From an uncultured Planctomycetaceae bacterium (GTDB lineage: Bacteria > Planctomycetota > Planctomycetia > Planctomycetales > Planctomycetaceae): a stretch of DNA of 64,000 nt. The notes beneath the pieces were generated by a model, which was not told the origin of the DNA, ran no database searches, and worked only from the letters and a program-made list of their open reading frames with translations. Positions 10,473 through 19,941 of the stretch are shown here, piece after piece. The DNA is taken from positions 416,001 to 480,000 of the forward strand of contig CAWFAK010000017.1 of the NCBI GenBank assembly GCA_963813715.1, written 5' to 3'. Numbering within the stretch: the first letter of the stretch is position 1; every line of letters begins with the position of its first letter. A program made the position numbers and the translations under genes.

Positions 10473-11285
10473 ATGGACGCCCACAATTGGAGCATGGCCG
10501 TCGCGGGGCTTCGCAATGCGAAACATGTTGTCGTGTTCAGCGGGGCGGGCATGTCGGCCGAGAGCGGAATTCCGACGTTCCGCGACGCCGACGGCTTTTG
10601 GCAGCGTTTTCCGCCGGAGAAATTTGCGACGTGGAACGGGCTCTGGCGGACGGCGCTCACCGACCCCCACTCCGTCGCCGACTTTGTCCTGAACGTGGTC
10701 GATCCGATCGCCCGTGCCGAGGTCAATCCCGGACATCGAGCGGTGGCCGCCCTGGAACGTCGGGCGAAGACGACCGTCGTGACGCAAAACGTCGACGGTC
10801 TCCATCAAATGGCGGGATCGACTGACGTTCTGGAGATTCACGGCTGCCTGCTGGAAGTCATCGATCGTTTGACGGCCCAAGTGGTTCAACGAATCGATCG
10901 CAGCCAATTGACGCAGATTGCCGACGCGCTCCGCAAGTATGCTGGGAGGCAAAGCTCCCTCGCGTCGTTAGCGGCGGAAGTGCGGAACCACTATCCGCTC
11001 GATGGGCTCGGTCGACATCGACCGAACCTGGTTCTCTTCGGAGACGCGATGGCTGAACCCGCTTGGACCAAAGCGTGCGAGGTCGTCGTCCAGTGCGACT
11101 TGTTTATTTCGGTGGGTACGTCGGGAGAGGTCTATCCCGCGGCCATGCTTCCCGACCAGGCAGCCGAAGCGGGAGCAACGGTCATCACCGTCGATCCCCA
11201 ACCGAGCGGCAACTGCCCGTTGCAAGGGACGGCGGGAACCGTCCTTCCGAAGTTGCTGCACGATGCCTTTGGCGACGATCGCTGA
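10473..11285 (+). CDS. Sirtuin (SIR2/CobB family) NAD-dependent deacylase
   Basis: GAGMSAESGIPTFR, TQNVDGLH, HG, GTSGEVYPAA. Confidence 0.9.
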   Translation: MDAHNWSMAVAGLRNAKHVVVFSGAGMSAESGIPTFRDADGFWQRFPPEKFATWNGLWRTALTDPHSVADFVLNVVDPIARAEVNPGHRAVAALERRAKTTVVTQNVDGLHQMAGSTDVLEIHGCLLEVIDRLTAQVVQRIDRSQLTQIADALRKYAGRQSSLASLAAEVRNHYPLDGLGRHRPNLVLFGDAMAEPAWTKACEVVVQCDLFISVGTSGEVYPAAMLPDQAAEAGATVITVDPQPSGNCPLQGTAGTVLPKLLHDAFGDDR

Positions 11286-11319
11286 ATCTCGATCGCAGAC
11301 CGCTCGATCTCCGTGGTGG

Positions 11320-11640
11320 TCATTTCCGCGTTGCTTCGAGGCCGCGGATTTCCGATTGCGTGCGGTGCATGTGGTCTTCCTCGTGAAAGACGTCGAGATA
11401 GTGAAGAGCGGCCCTCACCGCCGCTTCTGGGCCGCCCGTCTCCACGGTGTGCCAGTTCCGACAGGATCGGCAGCGCTCTGTCTCAGGTGAGACGGCCAAC
11501 GTCGCAATCGTTGCTACGCCTGCTCCCGCCGTCGGACCGGGGCCGGCGAGAACGTGATAGGAGAAATATCGGTCGTAGCTTGGCCGTTCGTGGTCGTCCA
11601 AGCCGAAGTAACTCACCAGACAATCCAAGATCCGATTCAT
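11320..11640 (-). CDS. Hypothetical protein
   Basis: Starts 12 bp after the channel gene on the same strand; contains CxxC. Confidence 0.5.
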   Translation of the reverse strand: MNRILDCLVSYFGLDDHERPSYDRYFSYHVLAGPGPTAGAGVATIATLAVSPETERCRSCRNWHTVETGGPEAAVRAALHYLDVFHEEDHMHRTQSEIRGLEATRK

Positions 11641-11651
11641 CGCTCATCCTT

Positions 11652-12095
11652 TCAGTCGCGGCCAAGGTGATCGATTTCGCGGTGCAGCCGGTTGGAAACC
11701 AGGCGACTCAACACGGCAAACATGATCGCGGTGGATAGCCCGAACAGGAGTAGGCCATTGACCGCTTCGAGCGGGCCCAAGAGTTGCCAGCGCTCAGACA
11801 AATGAACGTCCCCGTAACCCAGTGCGGTGTAGTTTTGGGCGGAACAATAGAAGGCCCGCTGAAAGCTCGCGATTTCGCCACACATCAGGTAGACGACCGC
11901 CCACAAGGCAATCTGAACCAAATGTGCCGCCGCCGTCAGCAGTGAAACGATCATCATGATAGGCACGCTTGTCCAGAATCCTAAACCGGTTCGGATCAAG
12001 TGCAGCCCCAAATTCACGACCAGCGTTGTGGTCATTGCGTAACAGACCACGCTGACGAGGAACACACCGGTGCCAACCAGAAGGCTCGGAGCCAT
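11652..12095 (-). CDS. Small potassium-channel family protein
   Basis: Pore loop YTALGYGD between TM helices; GGAG RBS. Confidence 0.85.
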   Translation of the reverse strand: MAPSLLVGTGVFLVSVVCYAMTTTLVVNLGLHLIRTGLGFWTSVPIMMIVSLLTAAAHLVQIALWAVVYLMCGEIASFQRAFYCSAQNYTALGYGDVHLSERWQLLGPLEAVNGLLLFGLSTAIMFAVLSRLVSNRLHREIDHLGRD

Positions 12096-12343
12096 AGGAT
12101 CGAACTCCTGTTCCCTTCGAGCAGGGATGAGGTTACATCCAGGCCCAGTGCCTGAACGGCGCTTTTCGAGCGCGGGTCGCTCCTATGACAGAGCATCGTT
12201 CCGGGAAACTCAACCCTTCGCGGACTGTCAATCAAGCCGCCCTTTCTCAAAATGCGTTCGGGCGACGCAAAATCTGACCTCGGTGCGTCTGGTACACTCG
12301 GCCTGGCTTCGTTCGAAACGGCGGCGTCAGAGATCCAAGGAAC

Positions 12344-13711
12344 ATGATGAAGCGGCGAGCATTCCTGAAAACCGTTGCCGGGACGTATTTCTTCGGCGGA
12401 TCCGGATTCGTTGACGGAGCTCTCAGGATCCAGCCCGACAAGACGGTCGTCGTTATCGGGGCGGGAATGGCCGGTCTCGCAGCCGCTGTGAGTCTTAGGA
12501 AACACGGATTTTCCGTCGTGGTTTTGGAGGCCCGCAATCGCATCGGCGGGCGGATGAGAACGGAACGATCGCTGGGCTGCGCGGTCGACCTGGGTGCTTC
12601 GTGGGTCCACGGAATCAACGGGAACCCGCTCGTGGAGCTTGCCAACGCGTCCGGCGCTGTGCTCGCGAGAACACGTTTCGAGGGACTGCTTCTGTTCGAC
12701 AACGACGGAACAAAGCTCGAGTTGAACATTTTGCTACGCGCGCACCTTCGACTCACGTCGCTGTTGGCGCGAGCACCGCGAAACGTGCCCAAATCCGCAT
12801 CCGATGTTTCTCTCAAAACCGTCGTCGACCAAGCCGTTGGCTCGACGAATTGGTCGGGAGCCGAGAAACGGGCGTTTGAGCTCGTGACCGCGTTGACGGA
12901 AATCTCGGATGCCGCCCGGTTTGACGAGCTCTCCTCCAGATATTCGGACGAATACAAGGAACTCTCCGGAGGAGATCATCTTGTCGTGAGCGGTTACGAC
13001 ACCGTCGCCCGTTTTCTGGCGAAAGGCTTGGACATCAGAACCGGCGTCGCGGTCCACCGAGTCGATTCCACGAAAGCCCAAATCGGCATCGAAACGGACA
13101 ACGGCACGCTGCGAGCCGATCGGGTCGTCGTGACGGTCCCGCTCGGCGTCTTGCAGGCGAACAAGATCAAATTCGTCCCCGAGTTGCCGCCAGACAAACG
13201 CACGGCGATTGAACGGATGGGAATGGGCGTCATGAACAAGATTGCGCTGCGATTTGAGAAAGCATTCTGGCCGCACGAGCAGCAGGTGATCGCTTATGCC
13301 AGCGAGCGGCGCGGGAAATACCCGCTGTTCCTCAATCTCCACCATTACACGGGCCAGCCCGTGCTCGTCTGTCTTGTGCCGCCCAGTTTCGAGAATGCCT
13401 TGGAGAATCTGACTGCGGCAGACGCGAAGGCAGGCGCAGTTGAGGTGTTGCGCAGGATCTTCGGCAGCAAGGTCCAGGAGCCGGCGACGGTTCTCCAGAC
13501 ACGTTGGAAATCCGATCCGTGGGCGCTGGGTTCCTACAGTTTTGACAAACTCGGTGCCCAACCGAAGGATCGGGACACGCTGGCTTCCCCGATCGACGGA
13601 CGGCTCTTCTTCGCGGGCGAGGCCACGCACCGGACGATGTACTCCACCGTTCACGGCGCGTATTTATCCGGTTGTCGCGCGGCAGACGAGATCAAGAAAG
13701 CAGCTTCGTGA
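12344..13711 (+). CDS. Tat-exported flavin amine oxidase family protein
   Basis: KRRAFLK, GAGMAG, DLGASWVHG, GSYS, FAGEAT, TVHGA. Confidence 0.9.
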   Translation: MMKRRAFLKTVAGTYFFGGSGFVDGALRIQPDKTVVVIGAGMAGLAAAVSLRKHGFSVVVLEARNRIGGRMRTERSLGCAVDLGASWVHGINGNPLVELANASGAVLARTRFEGLLLFDNDGTKLELNILLRAHLRLTSLLARAPRNVPKSASDVSLKTVVDQAVGSTNWSGAEKRAFELVTALTEISDAARFDELSSRYSDEYKELSGGDHLVVSGYDTVARFLAKGLDIRTGVAVHRVDSTKAQIGIETDNGTLRADRVVVTVPLGVLQANKIKFVPELPPDKRTAIERMGMGVMNKIALRFEKAFWPHEQQVIAYASERRGKYPLFLNLHHYTGQPVLVCLVPPSFENALENLTAADAKAGAVEVLRRIFGSKVQEPATVLQTRWKSDPWALGSYSFDKLGAQPKDRDTLASPIDGRLFFAGEATHRTMYSTVHGAYLSGCRAADEIKKAAS

Positions 13712-13876
13712 CGAACAGCCGATTAGCCGACAAAAAGCTCAGCAGGCGCTGCGTGCCAGTGATCTCCCGACGGACTCAAGCCTTTTCGGGATCGCCGTTA
13801 AACCACCGATTCACGGGCACGGGCGGGCGTCAGCTCACCGCAGCGGTCAGAAGGCCGCTCGGAGTGCGCGGGACAG

Positions 13877-15181
13877 TCAGATTTCCGCCAGCCGTTCGGT
13901 CGAGTCGCCAAATTTGTTGAGATGAATGCCGCATTTGTCGAGCATCGACAAGTACAAGCTGCACATCTTTCGGTTGGGCTTGTCCAGGTAATTGAGCACG
14001 CGGCCGCCGCGAATCTGCCCGCCGGCTCCCCCGAGTAAGACAACGGGGAGTTTCGTCGCGTCGTGGCCGCCCGTGAGCATGCTCGAGCAGTAGAGCAGCA
14101 TCGTGTTGTCGAGGAGCGTCCGGTCTCCCTCGTGGATCGCGTCCATCTTCCGCGCGATGTATCCGACCTGTTCGAGGAAGAACTGATTTACCTTGAGCCA
14201 GTCGGCCGTATCGGAGTGCGACAAGAGGTGATGGATCATGTAATCCACCCCCAGATGCGGGAATCGCAGCGAGCTGTGATCGTTGTTGAGCTTGAGCGTG
14301 CAAACCCGCGTCGCATCGGTCTGGAAGCCAAGCACGAGGATATCGCACATCAGCCGCATATGGTCGGCGATACTCTGGGGAATGCCGTCGGGCGGACGGG
14401 AGACATTCGGCTTGTCCAGCGTGGGCCGCCAGCCTTCGAGCGACCCCCGTTTGCCGGCCTGTTCGATGCGCTGCTCGATCTCGCGGACTGATTCGAGATA
14501 CTCGTCGAACTTCCGCTGGTCGGACACGCTGATACCCATCCGAAAAGATTTCGCGTCGGAGATGACGGCATCGAGCACGCTGCGGTCGCCCTTGCCGACT
14601 CCGTCCTTGAACAGTCGATCGAAGGCCAGCGACGGATAAAGCTCGAGCGGCGTGGGCGTCGTCGGGGAGCTCCACGAAATGTGCGAGCTATAGAGCATCG
14701 AGTAATTTTTGTGGACCGACGGGTTCGACTTTTCGCAGCCAAGCACCAGGCTCGGCACCTTGGTCGAGCGGCCGTGCTGCTGGGCGATGAGTTGATCGAT
14801 ACTCGTGCCCGAGCGAATTTCGCCTCCCGACGCCAAAGGAGCTCCAGAGAGCAGATTGCCGGTTTGGGAACTGTGAATGTTGCCTTTGAGTGCCTCGGCG
14901 TTGAAGAGCCCATTGATGACGACCATTTTGTCGCGGAAATCCGACAGCGGCGTCAGCACTTTGCCGAGCTGCATGTCCTTGCCGGTCCCTTTGGCCCACC
15001 ACTCGCGGCTGTGAAAGCCGTTGCCTGAGAACAAGACTGCCAAACGCACGGGCGCCTGGCTGGCGGCCGAAGACGCGCGGGCCTGGTCGCCCCAAACGGC
15101 CAGCGATTCCATCCAGGGCAACGCGATCGTCACGCCGACACCACGCAGAAACGTGCGGCGAGAGAAATGGTGCATGCTCAT
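13877..15181 (-). CDS. DUF1552 family protein with Tat signal
   Basis: SRRTFLRGVGVTIALPWMES, SIDQ, HHLLSH, TLLDNT; downstream of DUF1592 gene. Confidence 0.88.
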   Translation of the reverse strand: MSMHHFSRRTFLRGVGVTIALPWMESLAVWGDQARASSAASQAPVRLAVLFSGNGFHSREWWAKGTGKDMQLGKVLTPLSDFRDKMVVINGLFNAEALKGNIHSSQTGNLLSGAPLASGGEIRSGTSIDQLIAQQHGRSTKVPSLVLGCEKSNPSVHKNYSMLYSSHISWSSPTTPTPLELYPSLAFDRLFKDGVGKGDRSVLDAVISDAKSFRMGISVSDQRKFDEYLESVREIEQRIEQAGKRGSLEGWRPTLDKPNVSRPPDGIPQSIADHMRLMCDILVLGFQTDATRVCTLKLNNDHSSLRFPHLGVDYMIHHLLSHSDTADWLKVNQFFLEQVGYIARKMDAIHEGDRTLLDNTMLLYCSSMLTGGHDATKLPVVLLGGAGGQIRGGRVLNYLDKPNRKMCSLYLSMLDKCGIHLNKFGDSTERLAEI

Positions 15182-15194
15182 GCTCGTTCCCAGT

Positions 15195-18100
15195 CTAAGG
15201 TGATTCGGCGATCTTGGAGTCGCGTCCCCGGATGGCCAGAAACTGGCGGCTCTCCAGAATCGTTTGAATGGCGACCGAAATTCGATAGTTGTTCGCGGCC
15301 AGTCGCTGCTGCATCTCGGCCAAAAGCGGTTCGTCGGACAACTGCACGCCCCGACCCAGCGCGTAGCCGAGCAGTTTGCGGCAGAACTGATGGACAAAGG
15401 TCGTGCGGCGGGTGACGGCAAGATAGTCCCGCAATCCGGCGAGACCGTCAATCGGCGTGCCGTCGGGGAGTTTGGTCTTGGTGTCGACGGGTCTTCCGGC
15501 CAGGTCACGATTGCGGAAACGTCCGATCGCGTCGAAATCCTCCAGCGCGAAGCCGAACGGATCGAATTTGACGTGGCAGGACGAACAGCGCGCGTCGCTG
15601 CGGTGCCGCTCGATGAGCTGCCGCACCGTGAGCCCGTCCGTCCCCGTTTCGCTCTCGGGAAGCCGCGGCACGTCTTTCGGCGGCTTGGGCAGCTTTTCGC
15701 CGAGGAGCACTTCGCTTACCCAATTGCCCCTTAAGATGGGGCTGGTGCGCGACGCGCCCGATTGCTTTGCCAGGGTGGTCGCCAGCGCCAAGATGCCGCC
15801 GCGCCCATAACGGCGGACGCCTTCGACGCGTCGCCAGCCGACGTCATTTGCGGCCGTCGGGATGCCGTAGAATTTGGCCAGTCGATCGTTCACGAAAGTG
15901 TGATCGCTCTGGAGGATGCCGACCACGGAACCGTCGTTTTGGAAAACGTCTGTGAAGAATCGAATCGATTCCTCGTACATGTCGCCGCGGAGCTCGGTGA
16001 ATTCAGGGAAGACTTTTTCGCTCTTCTCCGAGAGAGAATCGAAGTCGTAGATATGCAGCCACTGGCAGGCGAACTCGGTGGCGAGACGCCGAATTCGCGG
16101 GTCGGCCAGCAGGCGACGGGACTGCTTCGCCAGGACATCCGGATTGTGCAGTGTCCCCTTCGCGGCCGCGGCGCGAAGCTCGGCGTCCGGCTGCGACGAC
16201 CAGAGGAAATAGCTCAAGCGACTGGCCAGCTCCCAGTCGGAAACCGGCGTGGGATCGGATCCAGCCGGAGCCGCCTCCCGGCGATACAGGAAATCGGGCG
16301 AAACGAAGATCCGAGCCAGCGTCAGCTGAAACGCCTCTTCATGCGAGAGCCCCTGTTTTCGCAGTTGCGATAGAGGCTGCGCAGCTCGTTCCGTTCCGCC
16401 TCGGTCAAGTGGACGGCGATAAGCCCGGCCGGCGAAGGCGACCAGTGCGTCGACCTGCCGCGGCTCGGCAGCGAGGAGTGACTTTTTGAACGCGGCGGCG
16501 CGATCATTGAACGGTTTCCGCAGCGGCTCAAAGACTTTGGGATCGGCGTCCTGGGTGGCGTATTCGAGCAACTGCGCCAACGCGTCGACGCTCTTGAGCG
16601 CGTCCCGGCTGAGGAAGTGCAGCTCATTCCACAATCGATCGAGGTGTCGCGTCTCGGCGTCGCTCAGCATCAGCCGCTGCAAGCGCCTCGTCCTCGCGGT
16701 AATAGAGCGTGAGCGTGACGACCTCGTCGACTGGCACGATCTTCGTGTAGCAGAGGGCCACGGGAAAGACGCTGCGGAATTTCTCGAAGGAGGCCGCAAC
16801 CCGGATGCGGGCCGCGCTCCCTTCGTTGACGACGAACGGCGTCGTCTCCGACCGCTTGTGCTTGTTGTCGGTCCACGTGCTGTTCATCCGCTTGTCGGTG
16901 ACGGAGATCGGCAACAGGCCCGATGTTTTTTCCGGCTTGCTCGCCAATACCTCGAGCTGGACGCTTCCCTCATGACCGACCTTGGGATCGAGCGAACCGA
17001 CGGTGACGAATTCGGTCCCGGCGGCCAGATCGGCGGGCAAGCGCACTTCGATGACCGAGGGAGCCTGAACGCACAGACTGGCCGCCTCGATGGTGGACCC
17101 GTCCGGGTGCTTGCCGAAACGCGCGCGATTCACTCCGAATCGGGTGTCCGCCGGTGATTTCTCGCGATGTTCAGCCGCCACGCGGGGCCACGCCCGCATG
17201 AAGATTGGGCCGCCTAGCGATGACAATTGGCGATACAGCGCGACGTCCGGATCTTTCTCATCAGCGTTGGCCGGCGGACCGCTTTGAAGGAGCTGTTGCA
17301 CTGCTTGCGCGAGCCGTTGCTTATTGGACGGCTTTGCGGCGGCCTGCCAACGCGCGAGCAACGACCCCGCGGGAATTACGGCGGCGATCTCGCCGCCTTT
17401 CACCGGTTCGCTGTAAAAGTGCCACACACCGGCGTTACCGAAACGGTCGGCGTGGGGATTGCCGGCGAGCACGTCTCCCGACACGTCGCGAGCCAGATCC
17501 CATTCGCGCGAGTGAGCGCCCGTCGTTTTGAGGGAGAGTTCGAGATTCGTCAGGTCGCACGAATGATTCCCATCGCGCGGGCCGACCAGCAGCGACACGA
17601 AGTCGCCCGGCTGCACGGCCAGCCCCTCCGTCCGGTGGATCAGGCCGACGCGGCCCCCTTGGGCAACACCTTCAGCGAGACGCTGCCTCGTCGCGCCGCG
17701 GCGCAGCTCGAGCCGCCATTCCACGCCGTTGCCGCACTCCGGATGTGCGTGCGTGACTTTGCCCTCGATCTCGATCGTGCCAGCCATCGGACTGCGCCAG
17801 CCGACTGCCGCGAACAACGTCGGCGACGGATGCACGCAGACCGAATGCGGCTTCATGTTGCCGGGAACGCGGACGTGCTGGCCCGACGAATTGGTCAGTA
17901 ACTGAGGCAGGTCGTTGGTGCTCCAGCCCTGGATGAAATCGTAGGTTGACGCTTTGGGCACCTTGGTCGCGAGGTAATCGAGCTTAATGGCCGCACTCGA
18001 ACCAATGCCCAGGTAATCGAACCAGGCGGTGAGCGAATCGACGTCGACCGCGTGCGCTTTCGCGAGTGCCGCCAGATCGACTTTTCCCGACGCGAGTCCG

Positions 18101-19486
18101 GCCTCAGCCGCCGCCGCAAGAGCCTTGGCTGTGGCCGCAAAGGTTCGTTCGCGTCGCGCGGACATTTCGCGAGTAAAGTCGTCAACGTTGCGCAGCAACA
18201 ACTCGGGCCGTCCCGGAGCGACGAGGCGCGGTCGCTGCCAAATGACCAAATCGCCCGCGTTCCCGTCCCCTCCGTCACTCGCGACGAGGTAAAGCGTGAT
18301 GTCCTTTCGACCCTTTGCCGGCGCGGGCAGCTTGATCCGCAGTTCCTGGGCGGCGGCGATCGGGTCGAGAGGCTCCTGCCAAGCCTTCGGGCCGCCGACT
18401 TTGCCGATATGGCCGACACTCGCGAATCGCCAGAGCGCTTGCTGCCATTGCGCGATCTCGGCGGCAATCCGCGGCGCGTCGTCTGCCGAAGCGCCCCGCC
18501 AGTGCGCCCGAATCTGGTCGAGCAAGAGCGACGGCTCGCGATCGCTGAGCGCGTCCCACACGATGCCGAGATACTTCGCGTTCAAACGGTTCGTTTTTCG
18601 CGACCGTGGCGATCGCCGTTTTGACGTCCGAGCCGTGCTGCAGTTGACCGCGAACATCAAACGTCGCCGCCAGGTAGTGTTCGACCGGCAAGCGGCCGCC
18701 GTCGTTGGTGTTGAAGACGATTCCCTGCAGATTGACCTGCGACGCGCCCCCCTGGTCCGAGTACTTGCGATAAAGGGCGCGAATCTGCGCCAAGAGGTCG
18801 TTCGTCCAATCGGCCCGCGACGGCGAAGGCGAGAAGCGAAAGCCGTCCGGCAACAGAACCGCGTGTTGCGCGATCTCGCGGCCCGCGTCGAAGTACTTCG
18901 TCAGCAAGGCCGGCGACATGACCAACGCGTTGCCCGTGTTGGTGAATCCCTCGCCCGCCGCTCCATCGGTGGGAAAGTCGCGGGCCGGGTTGAGGTCGAC
19001 ACCCGTCAGGTCGCGAATCGTGTAGGTGTATTCGGCATTGCTCAATCGCCGCAGGACGACAGGCCCCGGATCGCCAGCCTGCGCCAGCGACTCGGCATGC
19101 AGATAGCGTTCGACCCATCCGCGAAGCTGCTTGCGCTCGGCGGCGGTCGGCTGCTTGGCCTCCTTGGGAGGCATCTCGCCGTTGTCCAGCATCTCGGCCA
19201 CTTTGAGCCAGACCTTCGTGTCACGCCGCACCTCATTCAACGACGCAAAACGCTCGAGGTCCAAATCGCCCTTTTGTTTGGCGGTCGCGTGACAATTCAG
19301 ACAGACGTGCGCGATTAAGGGCCGAATGTCATGAGAATATTCGGAGGCAATCGCGATGAACTGCCCCGGCCTATTCGCTGGCGATTGCGTCCCCGGATGG
19401 GGCGTTTCGGCGCTGAGCGAGGCGCTGACTACGAAGATGGTGCCGCCAAAAAGGAGCGCGATGCGGCAAATGGCCGGGAATTTCAA
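15195..19486 (-). CDS. Planctomycete cytochrome c protein (DUF1587/1592/1588/1585), ~1430 aa, frameshifted
   Basis: CLNCH, RRLSNAEY, ELASRLSYFLWSS, RTSPILRG, CSSCH; shifts near 18600, 16680, 16410, 16370; start uncertain. Confidence 0.85.
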
Positions 19487-19657
19487 TGAAGAGCCCTTTG
19501 GCGGCGGGAGGGAGCTCAAATCTTTGGGGGGATGCACCGGCCGTCGATCGAGTGCGGATCAAAGGCCGGTTCAAGTTCGGCAAGTAGGTCGTCGGCGCCC
19601 GGGAGGCTGTCGTTCCCAAAGCCTCCCAAGGCAGCCGGCTGGAGCAATCGTCATTGT

Positions 19658-19691
19658 AACTAATGCCGTGACCAAACTAATACCGTGACAA
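19658..19691. promoter_or_regulatory. 17-bp tandem direct repeat in divergent promoter region
   Basis: AACTAATGCCGTGACCA / AACTAATACCGTGACAA next to TACAAT on minus strand (19653-19658). Confidence 0.45.
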
Positions 19692-19941
19692 AGAAGGACG
19701 CTCAGCACGATTTACGATCCCGGCGGACGACGGGCCAAAACCAGATTCGTTCCCCGGAAAAATCGCGCGTTATATCTCGGCCGTTGCCGACGCCCTGGGA
19801 ATAGAATCGCCAAATGGGGCGTCTCCAACTGGGGGCGGCGGAGAAACTGCGTTGCCACAGACTGGGAAGCGCTAATTGCGGAGGGCGATTTTCTGCAGCG
19901 GTTGGAGGCAGTTCTGCGTCTAGATTAGGTCGGGCGCGCGG

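Noticed and set aside
10473..11285. Sirtuin as anti-phage Sir2 effector
   Set aside because: CobB-like motifs and no defence partner genes
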